Assembly: GCF_001194135.2 (NCBI RefSeq)
Contig: NC_068983.1
Span: forward strand, 115,982,886-116,046,885
Direction of reading: 5' to 3'
Length of the DNA: 64,000 nucleotides
Origin: Octopus bimaculoides
Taxonomy: Eukaryota
Part shown: piece by piece, positions 35,724-48,609 of the stretch
Numbering within the stretch: the stretch's first letter is position 1
How the letters are laid out: every line of letters begins with the position of its first letter
Position numbers and translations under genes: made by a program
The notes under the pieces: model-generated
What the model was told of the DNA's origin: nothing
Seen by the model: the letters and a program-made list of their open reading frames with translations, nothing else
The model's database searches: none

Positions 35724-37072
35724 TTAACTCTATGCCTTGTAACACAATAGCTCAGTGTAAGATAGATGATGAAATATGTGCGAGTTCAGGCAAGTTTACA
35801 AACTACTTGTTGTATTGCCCTTGTTAATGAATACACACATACCTATCAACAGAAATAACATTGGTGGAACATTCTTATCAAAACTTTCGCAAAGTGTAAG
35901 AAAAAAAGGCCTAATATCGTTTTGGGGGAGAAAAAACGAAGAATTATATGCAGTCATCGAGATCAGTTGGTTTGGAAGTTTGAAATTTTCTTTTTAAAAA
36001 ATCACTGGAAAAAGAGAATATCTATGGACAACTGCTTCAAAAACTGCAGTTTCTCTACGCAGATTATATAAATTGACATGACCTTGTTACTAGATGTCTA
36101 AGTGGCAATCTCGAAAAGCTAGGATATTCAGACAAAGAAAACAACCAGCTAATGCACTTTGCAGATACCATCTCTAAGCGAAATGTGTGTGCGAGTGTGT
36201 ACAAAACTTTCTAAGTTTAATGTGTAACATTTATTCACTTATTGTTTTCGCCATCCAAATTCCAGCGACAATTCTATTTCTTTTAATGCAACTCGTTTCT
36301 TATAGAAAGAATTCAAGCAATTGAAAAAGAAACGTACACGCATACGTACATACGTACATAAACATATGAACATTCATATATGGATTTACATAAACATACA
36401 AAACAAACATGTAAAAAAGGGTAAAATGCATTTTGTATTGTACGAGTCTTGTATGTGCTTTCGTTTGTGTGTATGTAGGTGTCCTTTTAGATATGATACA
36501 AAAAATTCCTACTAAAAATTTTCTGGAAAAGAATAAAATAATTTTTAGAATTAATATTTTTTATATTTTCGCCAAAGAAATTCAAAGAAAATTCGTACAT
36601 TTGTGTCATTCACTTCATCTACACGTTGTTTATTTTAGTTATTTATTTCTGTCTGTGGTGTTTAACTTTGGAAGTAACTAGAAATTGTAATCATACGCCT
36701 GCAGGATGCATGCGTGCATAGATATGAATAAATATGCATGCATGCACAGATGGGAAATATGACTGAAGAACCATATAAACACATTTACCATTATTGAGAG
36801 AAATCAGGTCAAGCATATGCATATGCAGTTATTTTGAGTAAAAGAAACAAACCAGCGCATATGCGGGGATTTTAAAAACAAAGTTCAATGTAAAAACACA
36901 GACCAACAGGAAACAACACCCAAGAGACTTGGAAAGCAAAGACCGAACATTACATCATTATATTTAACAGACGTTCTAGCGAATCAGAAAAGAAAACTAT
37001 ACACAATTGCTCCAACTATTAATAATAACAGCCAAATCTCCTTAAAATATATGTGACACACAGAAATAAATA

Positions 37073-37316
37073 TTGATTTCAAATTTTGGCACAAAGCCAG
37101 CAACTTCCGGGAGGGGGCTGCTCAATTACATCGACTCCAGTGCTCAACTACTATTTAGTTTATCGACTCCGAAAGGATGAAAGGCAAAGTCGACTTCGGC
37201 GGAATTTGAATGCAGAACGTACTAGCTACGGCAGTACATATTCTAAAATTGGAATTTGAACGCAGAACGTAAAGACGGACGAAATGATGCTAATCATTTT
37301 GCCCAGCTCACTGCCC
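37073..37316 (-). mobile_element. SINE family A with an internal duplication of the B-box segment
   Basis: ggaatttgaatgcagaacgt and ggaatttgaacgcagaacgt ~50 bp apart. Confidence 0.8.
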
Positions 37317-37429
37317 TCATGCGTAAATAAATAGCGCGTACAATGTAGTCTGAGATATATCAAAAGAGGGTTGGAGCTAAGCAACTGCAACAGACTTCTA
37401 ATAATAATCTACATAGTCACAAGTTTGGC

Positions 37430-37610
37430 AAATTTTGGGAGAGAGAATATAATATCTATGCCAGTATTTCACTGTTTCCTACTATATGAACCCTGAAAGA
37501 ATGAAAGGCAAAGCCGACCTTGAGAGAATCTGACCTTAGAAGCTTAGACCGTCAAGAACGTTAGCTAAATACTGTAAAGCATTTTGTCCGACGCTTTAAC
37601 GATTCTGTCA
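37430..37610 (-). mobile_element. SINE family A, old copy
   Basis: gaatgaaaggcaaagccgacc...aagcattttgtccgacgct. Confidence 0.55.
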
Positions 37611-37723
37611 ATCCACTACTTTTTTATAGACCCCGAAAGGTGTCGATAAAATAAAGAACCAGTTGATGGTGTCGCCTACTGCTCCCCCTTAAAAGTTGCT
37701 GGCCTTGTACCTCAATCAGAGCC

Positions 37724-37724
37724 A

Positions 37725-37780
<56 letters not shown>

Positions 37781-37909
37781 ATAGTTTTATTTTTATAACG
37801 TGCTTCCACTTCACTACCAAGCGCAGCTCTGTGTGCCTTGGGTATTTGCTGTGGTTTGCTGTGATGCTCTTATGGTTACTGTATTGAAAATGTTTTGCGT
37901 AGGATGCAC
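37724..37909 (-). mobile_element. R4/Dong LINE 3' end copy 3 (~130 bp) with (AAT)n tail
   Basis: Body 37779-37909 matches 38649-38750 and 39017-39140; tail 37724-37778. Confidence 0.8.
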
Positions 37910-37951
<42 letters not shown>

Positions 37952-38648
37952 NNNNNNNNNNNNNNNNNNNNNNNNNNNNNNNNNNNNNNNNNNNNNNNNN
38001 NNNNNNNNNNNNNNNNNNNNNNNNNNNNNNNNNNNNNNNNNNNNNNNNNNNNNNNNNNNNNNNNNNNNNNNNNNNNNNNNNNNNNNNNNNNNNNNNNNNN
38101 NNNNNNNNNNNNNNNNNNNNNNNNNNNNNNNNNNNNNNNNNNNNNNNNNNNNNNNNNNNNNNNNNNNNNNNNNNNNNNNNNNNNNNNNNNNNNNNNNNNN
38201 NNNNNNNNNNNNNNNNNNNNNNNNNNNNNNNNNNNNNNNNNNNNNNNNNNNNNNNNNNNNNNNNNNNNNNNNNNNNNNNNNNNNNNNNNNNNNNNNNNNN
38301 NNNNNNNNNNNNNNNNNNNNNNNNNNNNNNNNNNNNNNNNNNNNNNNNNNNNNNNNNNNNNNNNNNNNNNNNNNNNNNNNNNNNNNNNNNNNNNNNNNNN
38401 NNNNNNNNNNNNNNNNNNNNNNNNNNNNNNNNNNNNNNNNNNNNNNNNNNNNNNNNNNNNNNNNNNNNNNNNNNNNNNNNNNNNNNNNNNNNNNNNNNNN
38501 NNNNNNNNNNNNNNNNNNNNNNNNNNNNNNNNNNNNNNNNNNNNNNNNNNNNNNNNNNNNNNNNNNNNNNNNNNNNNNNNNNNNNNNNNNNNNNNNNNNN
38601 NNNNNNNNNNNNNNNNNNNNNNNNNNNNNNNNNNNNNNNNNNNNNNNN

Positions 38649-38974
38649 TTTCACTTCACTACCGAGCGCAGCTCTGTGCGCCTTGGGTATGTGCTGTGGT
38701 TTGCTGTGGTGCTCTTATGTTTACTGTATTGAAAGTGTTTTGCGTAGAATGTGTGCAGTACCCAGTAGTGCAATTTTCTGTATGTTATATATATTTGTAA
38801 GTCCTGCTATTTTTGTTATGTATTTGTCTGAATATTTTTTTATTATACCTAAGGCACCTACTATGATAGGAATTGTTTCTGTTTTTAGATTCCACATTCG
38901 AGTTATCTCTATTTCCAGGTCTTTGTATTTTGAAAGTTTTTCCATTTCTTTTAGAGAAACGTTGTCATCTGCTG

Positions 38975-38975
<1 letters not shown>
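38649..38975 (-). mobile_element. R4/Dong LINE 3' end copy 2
   Basis: EKLSKYKDLEIEITRMWNLKTETIPIIVGALG...ALLGTAHILRK; its tail probably lies at 37910-37951 across the gap. Confidence 0.85.
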
Positions 38976-39019
<44 letters not shown>

Positions 39020-41363
39020 TAGTCTTACTTTTATCGCGTGCTTTCATTGCACTACAGAGCGCAGCTCTGTGTGCCTTGAGTATGTGCTGTGATTCTCTTT
39101 ATTTTTACTGTATAGAAATTGTTTTACGTAGGATGTATGCGGTGCCTAGTAGTGCTATTGTCTGTATGCTAGATATACTTGTTAGTCCTGGTGTTTTTGT
39201 TATGCATTTGTCTGAATACTTTTTATCATACCTAATGCACCTACTATGATAGGAATTGCTTCTGTTTTTAGACTCCACATTCGGGCTACCTCTATTTCCA
39301 GGTTTTTGTATTTTGAAAATTTCTCCGTTTCTTTTAGAGAAACATTGTCATCTGTTGGCATTGATATATAGATTAGAAAGCATTTTTTTAATGATCTCTG
39401 ACAACTATATCCGGCCTTTTGGCCTTATTTTTCTATTTGTGTGTATTGGCATATCCCAGAGTATGGTTACTTTCTCATTTTCTGTGACCTTTTTTCTGTT
39501 GTTATTCCATAGTGCTGGGACAGCTTCCAGTGTAAATAGATACCAACCCTGTTGTGTCTGTGAATATTTTCCTTCTGAGCCTGGACTGGGCAACTAGAGA
39601 TAGTATGATTTGTTGTTTCTTGTTCATCTCCACATATTCTGCAGTTACTTGTATTTCTTTTCATTACATGTTTTTGGTAATTTCTAGTGGGGAGGCTTTG
39701 GTCTCATGCTGCAATTAAAAATCATTCAGTCTCTGCTTTGAGTCCTGAGCTTCTCAGCCATTGCTGGGATTTTGCTTTGTCTATTTCTTTTGCGCTCAGT
39801 TAACTCTATATTCCATGAAGGGCTTTTTCTTGCCATCGTTTTATTATGATCCCGTTCAGTTGTTTTACAGCTTTTGTTATTTCTTGCTTTCCTTCATAGT
39901 TGTTAGGTACAATTATTTCTTTTTTGTATTTGTCAGCTTCCTTAAAAACTGAAAACAGTTTTATGGTTTGTTCGTGTTTTGTGGTTATTTGTATTAGTTT
40001 TCCTTGATTTTGAAGTAGGTATTTCTGTAGTCCTATTCTAGTTATTTTGTAATTGTTTTCTAGCTGTATAAGGCCTTCCATACGTTGCATATATAAAATT
40101 ATTTGTCAGATTTTGGGTAGTGCACTCTAAATCCTGTCATTATTTGTCTTGTTTTCCTGTATATTTGATTAATTCATTTAGAGTCCAGTTAAGAATATTG
40201 CAGCAGTAACTTATAACTGGGACAGCTAGAATATTGATACTTATCTTATTTTTCACATTGAGCTCTGTATTCAGTACTAATTTCACTCGTCTATTGTATC
40301 TTTTTCTTATCTTCTCTTTCATTTGTGTATTGTATCGTATCTAGTTCATCGATTCTTAGGTATTTGTATGTCTGGCTTTGGTCTAATCCTCTTATTACAT
40401 TTGCTTTATCTAGTGTGATGTTGCTACTCTTAAATAGTTTTTCTCTTTTCAAGGTTGCTTTGGCACATTTTTCTAAGCCAGATTTCATGTTTGTTTCTTT
40501 CGTAATTCCATGTACTGTCTGTAGTAATGATTCCAGTTTTTTATCATTTGTAGCATACAGTTTTAGATCATCCATATATAAGAGGTGAGTGATTGTTTTG
40601 CCGTAACAGTTGCACCACATCCAGTTCTGTTTAGCATATCAGATAAAGTTGTCGGTGCCAAGCAGAACAGGAGTGGAGAGAGCTTGTCTCCCTGGAATAT
40701 TCCTCTTCTAATGGGGATGGCTTTGGTTTTCACGAGTCCCTCTTTTGTTTGGAGCTGTAGCACTGTCTGCCATTTATTCATAGAGTGTCTTATGTATTTT
40801 ATAATTATTGGTACTACCTTGTTTATGGCTAGTGTTTCGAGGATCCACGTGTGGGGAACACTTTCAAAAGCCTTTCGGTAGTCGATTCAGGCCATACTGA
40901 GGCCTTTCTTCTTTCTGCGGCTGTCTTCAGTTATGGCTTTATCGATTCATTAATTGATCTTTACAACCGTATGAGCCCTTGCAGCATCTCTTCTACTCTT
41001 CTGGAAACAGGTTGTTTTCTGCCAGGTGCTTACTCAATCTCTGCGATATTATTGCAGTAAAGGCTTTGTAGATTGTAGGGAGACAGGTTATAGGTCTGTA
41101 GTTTTGTGGTTTTGCCGTTTCCGTGGATTTGGTAATTAAGATGGTTTTCCCTTTCGTGAGCCATTCAGGCATTGTCTCTGGCTCTGCTAGTATGTCGTTA
41201 AATTTTTCAGCCAGCTTTTTGTGTATTCCTGTCAGATATTTTAACCAGAAGTTGGGGATCTTGTCGTGCCCAGGTGCCTTCCAGTTGCTTAGTCTTTGCA
41301 GTGCCTGGGCGACCCTCTTCAGTTGTTATAGGGGTCCCTATTCTTCTCCTCTCCCCTTCACCG
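38976..41363 (-). mobile_element. R4/Dong-clade RLE LINE, degenerate RT-CCHC-RLE with (AAT)n tail
   Basis: NWKAPGHDKIPNFW, GIFQGDKLSPLLF, HLLYMDDLKLY, YKYL, CRICGDEQETTNHTISSC, ILWDMPIHT; tail 38976-39016. Confidence 0.92.
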
Positions 41364-41373
41364 NNNNNNNNNN

Positions 41374-41800
41374 CTGACACGTGACGAAAGAGGATCTATC
41401 TTTCTGTCCATTTTCTTCCTAAAGAAAAGACGTGCTTCGCCTGTCTCCTCTCTTGGCTCGTTCTCCTTGCGTTCATAATTATTTTTCCATCGTTTTGACT
41501 CAACAGCCCTCACCGTTTGTGTTTTTACTGTCTTGTTCTCACTGTCCTATTTTTGTTAACACTTTCACCCTCCGCAAAAAATCGCAATTTGCTTTGCGGG
41601 AAGGACTGTTTCAACGAAGTTGCGTATTGTCCTTACCTTCGAAATGCGGAGTAGATGAAACAGGGACAACTGAAGAAGGGGTATATTCTTTATGTTGCAT
41701 GTCTGGTTTCTCTGTTTGGCTTTTCGTTGTTCGAAAAAAAGTTCGTTTTCTATGTTTTTGTTTCTCATTGTGTTCAACGTCTTTTTGTTGTCCTGTACCC
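41374..41800 (+). mobile_element. Pyrimidine-rich interspersed repeat related to 54715-54910 (possible PLE terminal-repeat derivative)
   Basis: Shared ttttccatc...tcctatttttgtt segments; no intact ribozyme core. Confidence 0.35.
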
Positions 41801-41940
41801 ATATATGCATGTATATATACATATAGATGTAGGTATGTACATATATGTATGTATATATACATATATTTATATATTATGTATATTATTATATGATCGAACG
41901 CCACGCATCCTTTTCCAAGTAAGTTTTGTCTTAATTATAT

Positions 41941-42209
41941 ATATATATAATTTATATAAGGGCATTACTATATAGTCTCGACCATACGTGCACTGATGAA
42001 TAAAAGATGCAGCTTACTACATTGCTGCATTAATTATGAAACCAGTGGTTTACCGTTAAGTTAAATGTTTTTAGGAGGTTAATTTTTGATAGTTACATTC
42101 CCTCGCTTTCGGTAAATATGGGCTTATTTTTTGCTAGTTTTGACTTATTTAGTCCCTCTAAGCGTGAGGCATTACTATATAGTAATGCCCTTATATAAAT
42201 TATATATAT
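41941..42209. mobile_element. ~270 bp element with perfect 36-bp inverted ends and an internal hammerhead-like core
   Basis: 41941-41976 is the exact reverse complement of 42174-42209; ggcattactatatagt is directly repeated at 41961 and 42168. Confidence 0.75.
41987..42055 (+). ncRNA. Type I hammerhead-like motif (stem I imperfect)
   Basis: ctgatga 41993-41999; stem II ataa/ttat plus atgcagc/gctgcat; gaaa 42038-42041; stem III acc-agt-ggt; GUU site. Confidence 0.5.
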
Positions 42210-42332
42210 TTATGGAAAAAAACGATGGGTTTTTTTCCTTATGGGGTTTTTCACGCTGACTACTTGATAAATCCTTATAAAGATTTTATCCTATATTATA
42301 TTATATATATATATATATACTGATGTTCACAT

Positions 42333-42458
42333 CATTATTATTGAGTAAGAGAGCAGTGCATGCCATCAAAGTAACACTGGGGTAAAATACACGAAGCTCA
42401 ATATACCCATCATGACTACTCGTCTGATAAGGGTACACTAGGCGCATGCATCACAGAT
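42333..42458 (-). mobile_element. Short LINE/SINE 3' end with (AAT) tail
   Basis: Minus strand ...cccttatcagac...ccccagtgttactttgatggcatgcactgctctc...caataataat. Confidence 0.5.
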
Positions 42459-43965
42459 GCTGTAGTTAAGTTAGAATTCTCATATATACTACGGGAGCAT
42501 TAGATTAGAAATAATTGTGTGAAAAGGCGAAGGGAAAATGAAACAGTATTAGTCACTGAATAATATTATTTTAATTATTTCGGCAAGTATGATAAACAAC
42601 TCCGAACATGTTTTAGTCATCTTCCTAAAAGATATCAGTGACTCCCCGCACTTTTAATTTATCCTACGTTAAAATGCTTCTTCGTGTTATTTTGAAGTAT
42701 TTTTAATATGTTAAAATACTTGAAAGTTTTACATTGTGGCAAATCTAAGGAAAAGTGTTTCAACAAACATTTTTGCAATGAAGACAAAAGAGAAACTAAG
42801 TTGAGTATAATAAATCTGGGAAATTCTCACTGAATGAACAGATTTTTCACGGACATTTAACCTCAACTGTTTCTATTTTAAAACTGTGACTTCTTTGTCG
42901 TTATCTAATTAAAGCCAGCTTTACATGAAGAACATTGAAGACAGATAGAGACTGTTAGGATATATTTATCAGCTTAAGCTTAAAAGGAGTATAGAACGCG
43001 TGCTTGGTCCCCCAAACTCTGGTAGCATTGAAAAAACTAATTACTCGGAGAAATTCAGCTGACGAGAGATAGATCGCCTCCGAGAGAGGGTATCAATCTG
43101 TCATAAGAAATTTTCAGTAGATATGCAGATACGGTCTGTCAGTTCTGGCTATCCATTGCTGTGCCTCCTTACATCGTGTCATACAGGAAGCTAAGCCAAT
43201 ACAGGACATAGACGTGTTTGTTATTATTGTTGTTGTTGTTGATGTTATTGGTAGTGGTGGTGATGGTGGTGGTGGTGGTGTCGGCGGCGGTGGTGACGGT
43301 GGCGGTGGTGACGGTGGCGGCGGNNNNNNNNNNNNNNNNNNNNNNNNNNNNNNNNNNNNNNNNNNNNNNNNNNNNNNNNNNNNNNNNNNNNNNNNNNNNN
43401 NNNNNNNNNNNNNNNNNNNNNNNNNNNNNNNNNNNNNNNNNNNNNNNNNNNNNNNNNNNNNNNNNNNNNNNNNNNNNNNNNNNNNNNNNNNNNNNNNNNN
43501 NNNNNNNNNNNNNNNNNNNNNNNNNNNNNNNNNNNNNNNNNNNNNNNNNNNNNNNNNNNNNNNNNNNNNNNNNNNNNNNNNNNNNNNNNNNNNNNNNNNN
43601 NNNNNNNNNNNNNNNNNNNNNNNNNNNNNNNNNNNNNNNNNNNNNNNNNNNNNNNNNNNNNNNNNNNNNNNNNNNNNNNNNNNNNNNNNNNNNNNNNNNN
43701 NNNNNNNNNNNNNNNNNNNNNNNNNNNNNNNNNNNNNNNNNNNNNNNNNNNNNNNNNNNNNNNNNNNNNNNNNNNNNNNNNNNNNNNNNNNNNNNNNNNN
43801 NNNNNNNNNNNNNNNNNNNNNNNNNNNNNNNNNNNNNNNNNNNNNNNNNNNNNNNNNNNNNNNNNNNNNNNNNNNNNNNNNNNNNNNNNNNNNNNNNNNN
43901 NNNNNNNNNNNNNNNNNNNNNNNNNNNNNNNNNNNNNNNNNNNNNNNNNNNNNNNNNNNNNNNNT

Positions 43966-44136
43966 TAAAATGGAATAGTTTTTTTATTGTTTTACTTGTT
44001 TCGGTCATGTGTCTGCGGACATGCCGGAGCACCGCCTTTAGTCGAAGAAATCGACCCCAGGATTTATACTTTGTAAGCCTAGTACTTATTCTATCATTGT
44101 GTTTTGCCAAATGGCTAAGTTACAGGGACGTAAACA
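43966..44136 (-). mobile_element. SINE family B 3' half
   Basis: ggagcaccgcctttagtcgaagaaatcgaccccagg...gtacttattctatc. Confidence 0.8.
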
Positions 44137-44154
44137 CAGCATAACTCCGAGGAC

Positions 44155-44238
44155 AGTTGATGCTGAAATTCCAATGAGGGAACCTTGGATCTAGGTTAGA
44201 AACCGGTTCTTTCTCTATTGGCAAGAAATCTTGAAATA
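44155..44238 (-). repeat. Short interspersed repeat F, inverted relative to 46897-46980
   Basis: tatttcaagatttcttgccaatagagaaag...ctagatccaagg; only a few mismatches between the two copies. Confidence 0.8.
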
Positions 44239-44264
44239 TACTGAATAATGACATACATACATAC

Positions 44265-44640
44265 AAATGGCTGTGTGATAAAAAGTTTACTTCCCAACCA
44301 CATGGCTCCAGGTTCAGTCCACTGCGTGACGCCTTCGGCAAGTGTCTTCTACTATAGCCGCGGCCGGCCAAAACCTTGCGAGTAGATCTGGTAGACGGAA
44401 ATTGAATGGAGCCCGTCGTGTATAAATGTGTGTGTGTCTGTGTGTGCGCGCGCGCGCGTCTTTTGTATGTGTTCCCCCCCCCCCTTCAACTACGGCTTGA
44501 CAACTGGGTTCGGTGTGTTTATGTCACGTAAGCTAGCGGTTCGGCAAAAAAAACCGATAGAATAAGTACCATCTTTACAAAAAAAAAAAATAGTAAGTAT
44601 TGGGGTTGATTCAGTCGATTAAAATTCTTCATAGCAATGC
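44265..44640 (+). mobile_element. SINE family B, full length
   Basis: ggctgtgtgataaaaagtttacttcccaaccac...ggcaagtgtcttctactatagc...cggttcggcaaaa...gaataagtac. Confidence 0.85.
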
Positions 44641-44983
44641 CCCATATATATGGGGGAAGACTCGAGGACACGAGAACTCGATAAGAAGTAATTGAAAGAC
44701 TGGAAGTTTTAGTTTAATTCTCTAGCGAAATGCTGAGATATAAACAAAATATCAGATCACACTTTAAGCATACGTTCTTATGACTGCGAATTATAAATGC
44801 ATGGCTTGAGGCTGAAATTCATACGAGCAGAGTTTAAGTGGAATTAAATTTATAAAATTTATTTGGCTACATTAAAATATCGTGGTAGTTGTCATGGTGA
44901 TTAACTCCAGGTCGCCCCTCACCCTCCCATTGAACTGGCCTCATTACTGAAGATTTTCCAGCTATGGTCATCCTGTTTTTCAA

Positions 44984-45021
<38 letters not shown>

Positions 45022-45084
45022 CACACACATCACGCGCGTACCCATACACATAAATAAATGCACACATGCATATACTTTTTATGT

Positions 45085-45262
45085 CTTTTACTCCTTTCAA
45101 TCATTTGGCTGCGACCATGCAGCCGCACAGCCTATAAGGGTCTCAATCGAACGAATCGGCCAGAATTTTTTTTTAAAGTCTGGTACTCATCCAATCGATA
45201 TTTTACCAAACTGTTAAGTTACACGGAAGTAAACAATCACCGGTTATCAAGCAGCGGATGGA
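45085..45262 (-). mobile_element. SINE family B 3' half, degenerate
   Basis: catttggctgcgaccatgcagccgcacagcc...ggtact...ttacacggaagtaaac. Confidence 0.6.
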
Positions 45263-45286
45263 CAAGGACAGACACAGATACAAGCA

Positions 45287-45336
<50 letters not shown>

Positions 45337-45429
45337 CACATACACACACACACACACATACGCACATACGCACATGTGTGTGTGTGTGTGTGTGTGCAAT
45401 GTATATACGACGAGCTTCTTTCACTTTAG

Positions 45430-46862
45430 ATCAACCAAATCTCCCCAGAAATTAGAGGTTTCGAAGCAGTTGTTTATAGATATGCTCTTTTTCTTTGATT
45501 TTCAAAGAGATATTTATATCTGCAGTGCTGTTGACCTCTATGATGGTACATACCTTTGCCTCTCTGTCCCAAACAACAATATCCGGCCTGTAATGTATAC
45601 ATTTGATAGAAGTTTTGAAGGGAATATTCCACCAGTATTCTTTGAGTTGATGTTTATAAATGTATTCCATTACAGAGGGAATTTCTAAGTTTATTTCAGG
45701 ACAGTCTTTTTTTGCGGATGGCATTGTAAATTGTTTTAGCAACAACATCGTGCCGCATAGGGAGGTAGTACCGTGACGACATTTTAGAGCAGCTGCTAAT
45801 CACATGCGTGATATCTTCCACAGAAACATAACATAGACAACACATGCGGTTAAACCTTGAGATTACAAGGGCATCACTGTTTCTCTTATTCACCAGGTAC
45901 TTTGTAGCAATCTCCTATTCTTGGATTGCAAACGCATTGCCTTCAAAGTGTAATGTGACGTAGTGGTCTTGCGTCCAAGACAGGCTACGCTTCGTGTCAA
46001 TTCTACTGTCTTCTTCAAGCTTCCGGACAACATACCAATGTATACTCTTTTCTGTATGCTGAGTGCTTTCCATCCAGGTCTTCTCTGAGGTAAGAGAGCC
46101 CAGCCGTTTTGGGACTGTATAGGAGATCATCAGAAAGACCGTGCTTCTTGAGACGTTCACTGCCAACTCGTACAATGTTGCTCACTTCACTTTTCAGCAC
46201 TGAATTTATATATTTATTTTTGTTGCCTCTACCACCTTCATTTCTTCTTAGATAGAGCCTGTCAACATCACTGTTTCTGTGGAAGTTCCCAGTTGTTGTC
46301 AGGATTTTGCAGGTTTTGATATCTATGGAGTGGATTTCTTCTACAGACCAATCAGGTATCCCAAATGTTGGGATCAGCACTGGTACTGCAAATGCATTAT
46401 GAGATACTGTTTTGTTGTAAGAGGAGAATTCCAACTGCCATATTTTCCTAAGTCTGGTGCAATATTCTCGGGTCACTCTATCTTTATTCACAGTGCCTTC
46501 ATGTGATACATCTTCGTCTGTGCCTAGGTACTTGTAACATTCTTTTTGTGGAATGGGAGAGAGAGAAAGACCGTTGATGCACAAGTTTTGGGTTTAGGGG
46601 ACTGACTTTCCTCATTCTATAACCATAAATGAACATTTCTTTTGGCCAAATTCCATGCCTATATCAGCTGAAAATGTTATTAACTCCAGTTGTTTTTTGA
46701 CATTGTTAACACTTTTAGCATAAATCTTCAGGTCGTCTACAAAGAAATTATGTGTTACATTGATATTTCTAGCAGCTGAAGACCCTAGTATGTAACTATT
46801 TGTTTTCTGCAGTAGGAACGATAATGGATTCAGTACCAAAATGAAAAGAAGTTCAGAAAGAT
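45430..46862 (-). mobile_element. R4/Dong-group RLE LINE (second subfamily), degenerate
   Basis: FFVDDLKIYAK, YKYLG, DVDRLYLRRNEGGRG, CCLCYVSVEDITHVISSC...RHD, RPDIVVWD. Confidence 0.9.
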
Positions 46863-46896
46863 TGTATGTATAAATATATATGTAATTATTCAGTTT

Positions 46897-46980
46897 TATT
46901 TCAAGATTTCTTGCCAATAGAGAAAGAAACGGTTTCTAACCTAGATCCAAGGCTCCTTCATTGGAATTTCAACACCAACA
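46897..46980 (+). repeat. Short interspersed repeat F
   Basis: See 44155-44238. Confidence 0.8.
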
Positions 46981-47109
46981 ACAGGATATTTTTGTTTGCA
47001 TGTATGTATTTATGTATATGTGCAGATTTGTATGTTTTACTTTATCTATGTATTCTCATACATATAGTTACATATCTAGACATGCTCATATAATATTCAA
47101 ATGATAAAC

Positions 47110-47385
47110 TTCTGGAAAGTTTTACAGATTTTTACTGTTCCAGTGATGGATCGGAGCTATAGTCTTCGAATTAACTTTCTCCTTTCTGGTTTTGAGAAGT
47201 CTAATTTCTCAAGATTGGTATTTAGGCAGTGTGTTACATACCCCAGTGTCCCAATAATTACAGGTATAAACCTGAACTTGTAATCTGGATAGAGTAACTG
47301 CAGATTTCTCAATAGTTCAGCATAGGTATTCTCTTTTTCACTGATCTTCAGCTTTATGTTGACATCCACTGGGTAGCTAATTTCC
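47110..47385 (-). mobile_element. RLE LINE 3' fragment, same subfamily as 45430-46862
   Basis: DVNIKLKISEKENTYAELLRNLQLLYPDYKFRFIPVIIGTLG overlaps and extends DINISLKIKEKEHIYKQLLRNL. Confidence 0.8.
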
Positions 47386-48164
47386 AGTTTCTCTTTCTCT
47401 ATCTCAAATCAGTCTGTTGTGCTTACATTTTATTGAGGTCTTCACTTGAACATTCCTCCAGTATTCCTATATATGTATGTATGTATGTATGTACGTATGT
47501 ATGTATGTATGTATGTATGCATATAGGAATGTATAGTCACCTATAAACTATTAACATGCTTGAAATTGCAATGACGTAGCCCTAAAATCACACCCACACT
47601 TTCAATATTCAAAAACAATTTTTCTTTTTAATATTAAAAAAAAAAAAGCATTGATGCAGTGGTTTGAGTAACCTCAAGATACTTTCAGCCTATAAAACGA
47701 ACTTAGAAAGTATAAGAGTTGTAATAGAGAAAACCACCCAGTTATTTATAATCACATGAACATATTGGTAATACAATCACATCATGTGATTGTGAATAGC
47801 TCATTGGGCTCTCGTTTTATTCCACTCCTACTTTGGATGTTTCATGCTTTGAGTATTTAAGATTACATTATGCGATATGTCCCTCTGGGGGAAGGGTTTT
47901 TTCTTTTTATTTATTTATTTATTTTTATTTGTTTATTTTTATTTATTTATTTACTTTTGTTTAGTCCAAAAGTGTGATTTGTTTTGTCGGGTGATTTTGA
48001 TTAATATTTCTAGCGAGTAGATTGATAATATGGAAGCTTGTTTAAGTATCTCATAAAAGGATAAATCAGATGAATTAGATAAAGGGTCATATTTCAGCGA
48101 CTGTTATAAGGGATTTCATGTTTTTTAATTCTAAGTTATGCATAAATTATATTTATATATATAA

Positions 48165-48386
48165 TATATACACATACATACATACATACATACATACATA
48201 CACACTAAGCATATGTGTATCAGAACTGTATATACACAGACACACCCATACATGCACACATACATACGTAAATACATACATACATGCATATGCACACATA
48301 CACACATACACGTACGTACACACACATACACACAAACATATATGCATACATACATACATACATACATACATACATACATACATACA

Positions 48387-48419
<33 letters not shown>

Positions 48420-48420
48420 C
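48165..48420. repeat. (ATAC)n/(CA)n microsatellite
   Basis: Direct inspection. Confidence 0.92.
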
Positions 48421-48609
48421 GAATGTCACATCAACTTTACTTTTCAAGGGCAAATTCTAGTACACTTAAATACATTTATGTCACGTTAGGAAGCCAAATT
48501 AATTTCCATAATTTTCTATCAATCTTAGCACTGTGTCGGTCCAGTGGACCTATAATTAAAGACAATCTAGCTGAGTCAAATATGGCCCGTATTTTTCTTT
48601 TTATCTAAC

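Noticed and set aside
41660-41800. ggacaa-ctgaaga-agggg as a hammerhead start
   Set aside because: No closing stem II strand or GAAA downstream.
43055-43105. ctgacga followed by a hairpin
   Set aside because: An ordinary imperfect hairpin with no correctly placed GAAA/NUH.
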